A DNA stretch of 20,000 bases from an uncultured Gemmatimonadota bacterium. Lineage in GTDB: Bacteria; GCA-2686955. Position 1 is the stretch's first letter. Every line of letters begins with the position of its first letter. A model generated the notes under the pieces. It worked only from the letters and a program-made list of their open reading frames with translations. It had not been told where the DNA came from and ran no database searches. Shown here piece by piece: positions 8,743-17,417 of this stretch. A program made the position numbers and the translations under genes. The stretch is from positions 53,729-73,728 of the forward strand of contig CAZBBK010000019.1 of assembly GCA_964490075.1 (NCBI GenBank). Direction: 5' to 3'.

Positions 8743-10530
8743 TCAGTAGCTGGGGAAGTAGGGAATCCCCCACTCGATCAGGGGATCGCCGATCGCGTCG
8801 ATCCCCTTCACCGGTCCGGCGCTGACATCGACCCGTCCGCTGGAGTTGCCGAAGGCGATCGAGAGCGGGTCCTCGTAGGTTTGCGAGGTCGAGCCCCAAC
8901 GCAGTCCGGCGAAGGGCTGCGGCGCGTAGTTGGTCACGTCGTTGCCGGAGACATCGAAAAAGCGGAACAGGTAGCGCCCCACGTTCGACACCGAGTCGTT
9001 GACGAAGTTGGTGTAGCTGGGCCAGTACCACCAGGGGTCGGTGCGGGTCAGAGGCGAGATCTTGCGCAGGAAGCTGCCGTAGGCGTCCGTGACCGCGAAG
9101 CCCTTGCCCGGCTCGATTCCGCCGCCGGTTTCGAGCAGCTCGCCGTAGACCTTGTAGAACTGGTAGTCGGAGGGCCACAGATCGTCATTGGCTCCGACCT
9201 CGCGCATGCTCCAGCCCACCAGCTTGGCGGTCGGCTCACAGGCGCGCAGGCGCACCCAGCCGTCCCAGGTGGTGGTGCTCGGGTAGTTCGGCGAAGCCGC
9301 CAGACCGGCGCCGATGCGGATCGACTGGGTCGGATTCAGGCCGGCCGGCAGATTGTCGGTGCCGATGATGGTGCCGGTGCGGTCGAAGTACTGGATCTCC
9401 ATGCGTCCGGTGTTGGCGGACCCGGCGTTGTAGACCCCCATCAGCGTCTCGACGAAGCCGTCTGCCTCGAAGGTCAGCTCCGGGTTGACCAGCTCGGCGC
9501 TGCGTTGGCGCGCCATCATCGTCGAGCCCATGCGCCAGCGCGCGCCGGGCACCGCGTTGAAGGGGGCGCCCTCGCCGAAGAAGTCGGTCATCACCCCTTC
9601 GCCGAGCAGCGGCAGGCCGTCCTCCGAGACCACGTGGATCTCGAGATCGAGGTCGAGGCCCACCCCTTGCAGATACCAGGTGAGGAAGGTGAAGAAGGGG
9701 TAGGTGTCCATGAAGGAGCCGTAGGCCGGCAGCACGAAGGGGATGCCGGTGACCTGTGCGCCGGTGTTGGTCGCGTAGTCGATGCGGACGGTGTTGGGCA
9801 CCGGGTTGGGATTGTGGACCCAGTAGAAGGGGGCGTTGCCGTTGAAGAAGTCCTTGGTGCTGGTGATGGTGTAGGGGAGGGGGCCCCACCAGAGCTCCGC
9901 TGCCTCGTGGTCGGGGGCCTGCAGCTGCTGCATCGACGCCGCGCCGGGCATGAAGGGATCGGGATCGTAGTAGTCGTAGATCCAGCCGACGTGGTGCAGG
10001 GTGGCCCCCACGAACTCCTCGTCCGACCAGATGCGGGCCGAGCCGAGGCCCGGAGTGGTAGAGACGGGGTTGGTGAGCGGGGTGGCGCCTTCGTAATGGG
10101 TGGCGTTCGGAGCGATCAGGTACGGACCGTTCGATCCCACCAGGTTGCCGGCCTGGTCGTGGTAGTCGATCACGAAAGAGAGCCAGTTGGTCTCGCTCGG
10201 GTTGTTGACCACCACGGCGCTGGAGAAGCCGGCGAAGAATGGGAAGTTGGACGGGTTGTAGAAGAGCCCGGGGGCGAACTTCTCGGTGGCCGGCAGCCCC
10301 TGGAGGTGGGTGTCCGAGTGCATGAAGGCGTACTCGGCCGGATCCAGCGAAGAGGCCGGTGTATCGCTGACTCCGGTCGGGACCGGATCGGGCGGGAAGG
10401 TGCAGTCTACGACGATCGGCGGGCGCAGCGTGGGGTTGACGCCCTGGAGCTGAGCGTGCGCCTGGCCGGTCAGCGCGGCGCTCGCGAGTGCCCAAGAGAC
10501 GAGGGAACGCAACATGGCAGAGGTCTCCAT
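8743..10530 (-). CDS. Secreted hypothetical protein with four degenerate beta-rich repeat domains
   Basis: Signal peptide MLRSLVSWALASAALTGQAHA; strong GC3 codon bias; rich in aromatic residues, Gly and Pro. An alternative start at ATG 10515 has GGAG upstream. I recognise no family. Confidence 0.85.
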   Translation of the reverse strand: METSAMLRSLVSWALASAALTGQAHAQLQGVNPTLRPPIVVDCTFPPDPVPTGVSDTPASSLDPAEYAFMHSDTHLQGLPATEKFAPGLFYNPSNFPFFAGFSSAVVVNNPSETNWLSFVIDYHDQAGNLVGSNGPYLIAPNATHYEGATPLTNPVSTTPGLGSARIWSDEEFVGATLHHVGWIYDYYDPDPFMPGAASMQQLQAPDHEAAELWWGPLPYTITSTKDFFNGNAPFYWVHNPNPVPNTVRIDYATNTGAQVTGIPFVLPAYGSFMDTYPFFTFLTWYLQGVGLDLDLEIHVVSEDGLPLLGEGVMTDFFGEGAPFNAVPGARWRMGSTMMARQRSAELVNPELTFEADGFVETLMGVYNAGSANTGRMEIQYFDRTGTIIGTDNLPAGLNPTQSIRIGAGLAASPNYPSTTTWDGWVRLRACEPTAKLVGWSMREVGANDDLWPSDYQFYKVYGELLETGGGIEPGKGFAVTDAYGSFLRKISPLTRTDPWWYWPSYTNFVNDSVSNVGRYLFRFFDVSGNDVTNYAPQPFAGLRWGSTSQTYEDPLSIAFGNSSGRVDVSAGPVKGIDAIGDPLIEWGIPYFPSY

Positions 10531-10698
10531 CTGTTCGCTCGGAGCCTACTGCCGCCGCTTCGAGAGGGAACGCCAGCGGGGATCCGAGCAGCGGGGGTGT
10601 CGGAGAAGGTCGGGCCCCGCCGGGGCGACGCCCGATGCTCGACCCCTGTCGCGTTCGCCGGCGCTGGTCTTGGAGAAAAGTGGGGGGCGTCTGTCGCG

Positions 10699-11022
10699 TC
10701 AGCCGGCCGCGTCGCCGCCGGCCCCCTCGACCCAGGCCAGGTAGTCAGGGTCGGAGTGCTCGCGGTCGACCTCCAGCGCCAGGATCTCGACCGTGGTGTA
10801 GGGATGGAGAGCGCGAATCCGCTCCCCCAGCGCCGCGAGCCGCGCGTCCGCGGTCTTGATCAGCAGCGTGTGCTCCGCGTCGTGCTCGAGCTTGCCTTCC
10901 CAGACATAGAACGACTCCACACCGGGGATCACGTTGACGCAGGCCGCCAGGCCTTCTTCCACCAGGCGCCGGGCGAGCTCATTCGAGCGCTCGGGGGGAC
11001 AGTTGCAGAGCACCACGCGCAC
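10699..11022 (-). CDS. cutA: Divalent-cation tolerance protein CutA
   Basis: LARRLVEEGLAACVNVIPGVESFYVWEGK...E..LLIKT...HPY...EI...Y..W signature. The GTG start at 11022 has GGAG upstream, which gives the normal ~107 aa length. Confidence 0.95.
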   Translation of the reverse strand: MRVVLCNCPPERSNELARRLVEEGLAACVNVIPGVESFYVWEGKLEHDAEHTLLIKTADARLAALGERIRALHPYTTVEILALEVDREHSDPDYLAWVEGAGGDAAG

Positions 11023-11087
11023 GATCGATTTCTCCGGAATCCGCGACGCCCCTTTGCGCCGGCGGTGGGAGCGATCATCATCCACCG

Positions 11088-12431
11088 ATGCCCAAGGCGC
11101 AATCCCTCGACCGCCTGCTCGCCCGCGCGGGGCTGCGGACCCGCGTCCAGCGGGCCTGGGCGATGTACGACTGGGCCAATTCGGCGATGGTCACCATCGT
11201 GATCACCGCCGTCTACCCGATCTTCTTCACCTCCTTCGCCGCCTCCGGCCTGCCGGCCACCACCGCCACCTTCCGCCACGGCGTGGCGACCACCATCGCC
11301 CTGACGATCATCGCGTTGCTGGCGCCCCTGATCGGCGCCCTGGCCGACCAGGCGCGCATCAAGAAGCGGATCCTGGCATCGTTCATGGCCCTGGGCGTGC
11401 TGGCCGTCGCCTGTATGTTCTTCATCTCCGAGGGCCAGTGGCTCTTCGCCTGTGTCCTCTTCGCGCTCGCCAACATCGGCGCCAACGGCAGCTTCGTGAT
11501 CTACGACGCGCTGCTGCCGCACGTCGCCGAGCCCAACGAGATCGACCAGGTATCGGCGGCCGGCTACGCGCTGGGCTACATCGGCGGAGGGGTGCTGCTG
11601 GCGTTCTCTTTGTTGGCGATCAGCCAACCCGCGCTGCTCGGTCTGCCCTCCGGCGAGGGGCTCTCGTCCGCCCAGTCCTCGCTGCCGGTTCGTCTCTCGC
11701 TGGTGGCCGTGGCGATCTGGTGGGCCCTCTTCGCCTGGCCCCTCTTGCGCCACGTCCCGGAGCCGGTGCCGCGCGTCGAGCGGCGCGGTGGCGAGGCGCT
11801 GCGGGCATCGTTGCGCGAGCTCAGGCGCACCGCGCGCGCCATCAGGGGGCAAAAGAACGCGTTCCTGATGCTGGTCGCCTTCCTGATCTACAACGACGGC
11901 ATCGGCACCATCATCCGCATGGCGGCGATCTACGGCGGCGAGCGCGGCATTCCCCGCGGCGCGATCATCGGATCGATCCTGATCGTGCAGTTCGTGGGAG
12001 TGCCTTGCGCCTTCCTCTTCGGTGCCCTGGCCCGCAGGATTTCACCCAAGCGAGCGATCCTGCTGGGGCTGGTCGTCTACACCGGCATCGCGGTGCTCGG
12101 CTACTTCATGGAGAGCGCCCTGCATTTCCTGCTCCTGGCCTTCCTGGTCGGAACGGTGCAGGGCGGCACCCAGGCGCTGAGCCGCTCGCTCTTCGGCAGC
12201 ATGATCCCGCGCCACGCCTCGGGGGAGTTCTTCGGGCTCTTCGCGGTCTGCGAGAAATTCGCCGGCATTCTGGGACCGGCGCTCTTCGCGGCGATGATCG
12301 CGCTGACCGGATCGAGCCGCGACGCGATCCTCTCGGTGATCCTCTTCTTCGTCGTCGGCGGAGGCCTGCTGGCCCTGGTCGACGTCGAGGAGGGCCGGCG
12401 CTCGGCCCGTGAGGCGGAGCGCCGGGCCTGA
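11088..12431 (+). CDS. MFS transporter, UMF1/ATG22-like family
   Basis: AWAMYDWANSA N-terminal motif, GYALGYIGG, FLIYNDGIGT, GGTQALSRSLF, EFFGLF; about 12 TM helices. Confidence 0.92.
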   Translation: MPKAQSLDRLLARAGLRTRVQRAWAMYDWANSAMVTIVITAVYPIFFTSFAASGLPATTATFRHGVATTIALTIIALLAPLIGALADQARIKKRILASFMALGVLAVACMFFISEGQWLFACVLFALANIGANGSFVIYDALLPHVAEPNEIDQVSAAGYALGYIGGGVLLAFSLLAISQPALLGLPSGEGLSSAQSSLPVRLSLVAVAIWWALFAWPLLRHVPEPVPRVERRGGEALRASLRELRRTARAIRGQKNAFLMLVAFLIYNDGIGTIIRMAAIYGGERGIPRGAIIGSILIVQFVGVPCAFLFGALARRISPKRAILLGLVVYTGIAVLGYFMESALHFLLLAFLVGTVQGGTQALSRSLFGSMIPRHASGEFFGLFAVCEKFAGILGPALFAAMIALTGSSRDAILSVILFFVVGGGLLALVDVEEGRRSAREAERRA

Positions 12432-12442
12432 GAGATCATGGA

Positions 12443-12916
12443 TCAGACGAAGATCACCTGCGCCCCTTCGGACTTGTCGATGAAGTCCATCGCCGTGATC
12501 ACGTCTTTCACCTGGGGCATCAGGTCGTTCTTCTCGAGCCCCATCATCTCGCAGGCCATCTGGCAGCCGTAGAGCTCGGCACCCGAATCGTCCAGGATCT
12601 CGATCAGCTCGCGGATCGGCGGCAGCTCGAGCTGGTCGATCTTCTTCTTCATCATCGTCGAGGCCATCGACGACATCCCCGGCAGCCCGCCGAGCATGGT
12701 CGGCATCGGCATCGAGGGGTTGCCCACGGTCGAGACCTTGAGCTTGTCGACCTTCTTCTCGGTGACCATGTCGAGGCCCCAGAAGGTGAAAAAGATCATC
12801 GCTTCCGCGCCGGCCATGCGCGCGGCGTTGGCCAGGATCAGGCCCGGATAGGCCATGTCGAGGCTGCCCTTGGAGCAGATGATGCAGAGCTTGCGGGGTG
12901 TTTCGTTGTCGGACAT
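12443..12916 (-). CDS. DsrE/DsrF/DrsH-like (DsrE2-type) sulfur-carrier protein
   Basis: IICSKGSLDMAYPGLILANAA, IFFTFWGL and YGCQMA with the conserved Cys; ends in IFV. Confidence 0.88.
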   Translation of the reverse strand: MSDNETPRKLCIICSKGSLDMAYPGLILANAARMAGAEAMIFFTFWGLDMVTEKKVDKLKVSTVGNPSMPMPTMLGGLPGMSSMASTMMKKKIDQLELPPIRELIEILDDSGAELYGCQMACEMMGLEKNDLMPQVKDVITAMDFIDKSEGAQVIFV

Positions 12917-12938
12917 TGTGGTGTTCCTGTTGCGGTTG

Positions 12939-13256
12939 CTAGATGCAGCTTTTCGGCTTGGGCAGCCCGGCGACTTTCGACGCCAGCTTGCCGGGACCCT
13001 TCGGGAAGAGCTTGTAGAGCGTCTTCATCTGGACTCCGGTCTGCTTGGCGATGCGCCGCAGTCCCGGAACAGCGCCGCGTTCGGCGTTGTCCTGGCGACA
13101 GAAATCGATCACCTTCCAGTGATCATCGTTCAAGGGGCTGATGCCGAGATCGTCGGCGATGGCGCCTGCGATCTCGCGATTCCACTGCTCGGGATCGGTC
13201 ATGAAGCCTTCGCCGTCGACGTCGACGGTGTGGCCGTTGTAGCTGGCGGTCGCCAT
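12939..13256 (-). CDS. TusE/DsrC/DsvC-family sulfur-relay protein (single C-terminal Cys type)
   Basis: VDGEGFM.DPEQWN, HWKVIDF, LYKLFPKGP, AGLPKPKSCI; AAGGAG ribosome-binding site. Confidence 0.93.
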   Translation of the reverse strand: MATASYNGHTVDVDGEGFMTDPEQWNREIAGAIADDLGISPLNDDHWKVIDFCRQDNAERGAVPGLRRIAKQTGVQMKTLYKLFPKGPGKLASKVAGLPKPKSCI

Positions 13257-13283
13257 GGGATTGCTCCTTTTCTTGATCGTGTT

Positions 13284-14000
13284 TCAAGCGTTCTGCACTG
13301 CGTGTCGGCCGTTTTCTGTCTTCGCGAGCTCTCTCAGTGTTTGCATCAGGATTCCGATGCCCCGTTGGATCTCCGGCTCGCGGGTCGCCTTGACGAGCCC
13401 CATGAGCCCGACCGGCCGCACCGGCTTGTCTTGACGCACCACCGAGAGACCATCGTTCACGAGAGACAGGATTTCCGGTTGGGTCATGTTCTTGACGGTG
13501 TTCAGAATGAGCACCACGTGCTCGCCGAGCTGGCGCACGTCGTCCGGTGTGAACGAATCGAGAACGCTGTTGCTCAGATCCAGCAGCTCGGCCAGGAAGG
13601 CGAAAACGTTGCGTCTCTCCAGCGCATCGAGCTGCGCTACGGTGCTGCTGAATAGGTCCTTGCCGAGCGGTGCCACGTCGTTCAAGAGCTCGTGGACGCT
13701 CTTGGCCTGGTCGATCATCGCCGAGAAGGTGTCGACATTGCGCAAGAGCTTGCGGAAGAACTGCAGCACTTCGTCGAGGGTCAGGTGGGCGTCGATCTGG
13801 GCGAGCTCGTCGACCAGCAGCCGGTAGACGTCGTTGATCACCGGCGTGAGGTCTTCTTTGAGCTCATCCAGCGCCTGCTGGCGACGGTAGAGATCGTCGA
13901 CCCGGCAGCTCAGGTGGTCGATCTTCTGGTGCAATCCGACCAGCAGATCGGTCGTGGACTGAAGATCGGTTGCGCCCGTGGCGGGGACTGGCGTCTCCAT
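13284..14000 (-). CDS. DUF1641-like helical protein
   Basis: Leu-rich helical repeats and a C-terminal VGLMGLVKATREPEIQRGIG motif typical of DUF1641. The ATG lies 1 nt after the sqr stop. Confidence 0.75.
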   Translation of the reverse strand: METPVPATGATDLQSTTDLLVGLHQKIDHLSCRVDDLYRRQQALDELKEDLTPVINDVYRLLVDELAQIDAHLTLDEVLQFFRKLLRNVDTFSAMIDQAKSVHELLNDVAPLGKDLFSSTVAQLDALERRNVFAFLAELLDLSNSVLDSFTPDDVRQLGEHVVLILNTVKNMTQPEILSLVNDGLSVVRQDKPVRPVGLMGLVKATREPEIQRGIGILMQTLRELAKTENGRHAVQNA

Positions 14001-14001
14001 C

Positions 14002-15234
14002 TCAGCACCTCTTCCCGGCCATCGCCATCTGCGGCTCCAGGGGCAGCTCGGCGCCGCGCAGCAGCAGGTTCCAGTAGACCCAACGGAAGGTCATCTTGCC
14101 CCAGTGGTTCATGCGGGTTTCCTGGAGCAGGGAGAAAGGTCCCATGCCGGGCAGCGGGAACTTCCCGGGCAAGGGCTCGACGTCGTAGTTGAAGTCGATC
14201 AGCACTCCTTTGCCGAAGCCCGACTCGATGAAGCAGTTGGCGTGGCCGTCGAAATGCGGCTGCGGCTCCAGACCGTCGATCACCCGCAGGATGTTTTCGG
14301 TCAGCACGTCGGACTGGAAGTGGGCGACCGAGCCGGCCTTCGAGGAAGGCAGATTGGTGGCGTCGCCGAGCACGAAGATGTCTTCGTGACCTTCCGCCTG
14401 GAGGGTGTGCTTCTCGGTCGGCACGTAGTTCAGCTCATCTCCCATGCCGGAGCGCTCGATCACCTCGGAGCCCATGTTCATGGGGATGGTGACGAATACG
14501 TCGTAGCCGACCTCGTCGCCATCGTAGGAGGAGATGATCCGCTTCTCGGCGTCGACCTCGGCGAGGCCGAAATCGGTGGTGATCTTGATGTTCTTCTTTT
14601 CGAGGATGTCGCCCAGCACGCCGGAGGCGATCGGTCGCGTGAAGGGAGCGTCGAGCGGCGTGACGTACTCGATCTCGACCTTGTCGCGAATCCCGCGGGT
14701 ATGGAAGAACCAGTCGGCGAGAAAGAGAAACTCGAGCGGCGCCACGGGGCACTTGATCGGCATCTCGGCGACGTTCAACACCAGGCGCCCGCCCTGCCAG
14801 TGGCGCAGGTGGCGGGCCAGGGCCGTCGCCCCCTCGGCGGTGTAGAAGTCGAAGATATCCTTGCGCCAGCCGCCGTCCATCAAGCCCTCGGTCTCGTCGG
14901 GCCGGATGCCGGTGCCGGTGGCGATGATCAGGATGTCGTAGCGCAGGACGATCCCGTTCTTTTCGAGATGGACTCGTTTCTCGGCGGGATCGATGCGGTC
15001 GATCGGAGAGACGATCAGCTCGACCTCGGGCGGGATGTAGTCGCGGGTCGGCTTGACGACGTCACGCGGGCCGTAGATCCCGAAGGGGATGAAGAGAAAG
15101 CCGGGCTGGTAGTAGTGGGTCTCTTGCTGGTCGACGACGGTGATCTGCCATTCGTCCGTGGGGAGCTCCTTGCGGAGCCGGTTGACCATCATCGTGCCGG
15201 CGGTTCCCGCGCCCAGCACCAAGAGCTTTTTCAC
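14002..15234 (-). CDS. sqr: Sulfide:quinone oxidoreductase-like FAD-dependent enzyme (probably type III), ~410 aa
   Basis: LVLGAGTAG Rossmann motif, HYYQPGFLF, YDILIIATG, IKCPVAPLE, VLGDATNLPSSKAGS, FDGHANCFIE; both catalytic Cys are present. The GTG start at 15234 has a GAGGA RBS. The ORF-track start at 15321 lies upstream of the promoter. Confidence 0.88.
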   Translation of the reverse strand: MKKLLVLGAGTAGTMMVNRLRKELPTDEWQITVVDQQETHYYQPGFLFIPFGIYGPRDVVKPTRDYIPPEVELIVSPIDRIDPAEKRVHLEKNGIVLRYDILIIATGTGIRPDETEGLMDGGWRKDIFDFYTAEGATALARHLRHWQGGRLVLNVAEMPIKCPVAPLEFLFLADWFFHTRGIRDKVEIEYVTPLDAPFTRPIASGVLGDILEKKNIKITTDFGLAEVDAEKRIISSYDGDEVGYDVFVTIPMNMGSEVIERSGMGDELNYVPTEKHTLQAEGHEDIFVLGDATNLPSSKAGSVAHFQSDVLTENILRVIDGLEPQPHFDGHANCFIESGFGKGVLIDFNYDVEPLPGKFPLPGMGPFSLLQETRMNHWGKMTFRWVYWNLLLRGAELPLEPQMAMAGKRC

Positions 15235-15285
15235 GTTCGTTTCCTCGCTTGGGGTCGACGTTTCATGAAGGACGCATTGCCTCGT

Positions 15286-15302
15286 AGCAACTTGCGCGCC
15301 AA
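15286..15302 (-). promoter_or_regulatory. Sigma-54 (-24/-12) promoter of the sqr operon
   Basis: Minus strand TTGGCGCGCAAGTTGCT has one mismatch to YTGGCACGNNNNTTGCW. The predicted +1 near 15275 is about 40 nt before the start codon. Confidence 0.88.
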
Positions 15303-15360
15303 ACTCGGAATGGACGGACATTCAACGAGTTACATGACTACCGGTCCCCGCGGGCGCGAC

Positions 15361-15405
15361 GGTGAAACGATTTCTCAACGAAACGTTGCAACGGCAGGTT
15401 GCAAC
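15361..15405. promoter_or_regulatory. Candidate upstream activator sequences for the adjacent sigma-54 activator
   Basis: Perfect dyad TGCAAC-ggcag-GTTGCA (15387-15403), overlapping CTCAAC-gaaac-GTTGCA (15374-15390), and a TGAAAC half-site (15363-15368). They lie about 90-130 bp upstream of the predicted +1. Confidence 0.72.
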
Positions 15406-15410
15406 GGCCG

Positions 15411-17246
<1,836 letters not shown>

Positions 17247-17258
17247 GGACGACCCGCT

Positions 17259-17275
17259 AGAAACGGAATGTTTCA
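17259..17275. promoter_or_regulatory. Candidate autoregulatory operator in the activator's leader
   Basis: AGAAAC-ggaat-GTTTCA has the same N5 dyad architecture as the sqr UAS (joint consensus TGMAAC-N5-GTTKCA). Confidence 0.55.
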
Positions 17276-17292
17276 CCAATGCGTCGAAACGC

Positions 17293-17323
17293 AGTCTAGC
17301 AGGCGCCTCGGGGGGCGTGTCAA
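17293..17323 (-). promoter_or_regulatory. Candidate sigma-70 promoter of the activator gene
   Basis: Minus strand TTGACA-N19-TAGACT, with TG one base upstream of the -10 hexamer (extended -10, TGcTAGACT). Confidence 0.6.
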
Positions 17324-17417
17324 CAGTGGCCGGGAGGGGTGGGGCCCCACAGGGGCGACCCGCGGCCGCCGAGGGCGAACCGCGGATGCCCGTTAGGGCG
17401 GATGATCGGCACCGCTC

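Noticed and set aside
10531-10698. GC-rich intergenic region with small hairpins and a repeated ACGCGACAG, as a possible riboswitch or ncRNA
   Set aside because: I recognise no riboswitch consensus, and short stems are expected by chance at this GC content. An Rfam/Infernal search would settle it.
8581-11202. 873-aa plus-strand ORF
   Set aside because: It runs antisense across the secreted protein, an intergenic region and cutA, and its composition is typical of a shadow frame.
12443-13256. Dissimilatory sulfite reduction or reverse-Dsr pathway
   Set aside because: The DsrC-like protein lacks CysB, and there are no dsrAB, dsrEFH or dsrMK genes in the window.
17350-17392. Imperfect stem-loop after the S8 peptidase as a terminator
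   Set aside because: The stem is interrupted and has no U-tract, so it is too weak to call.
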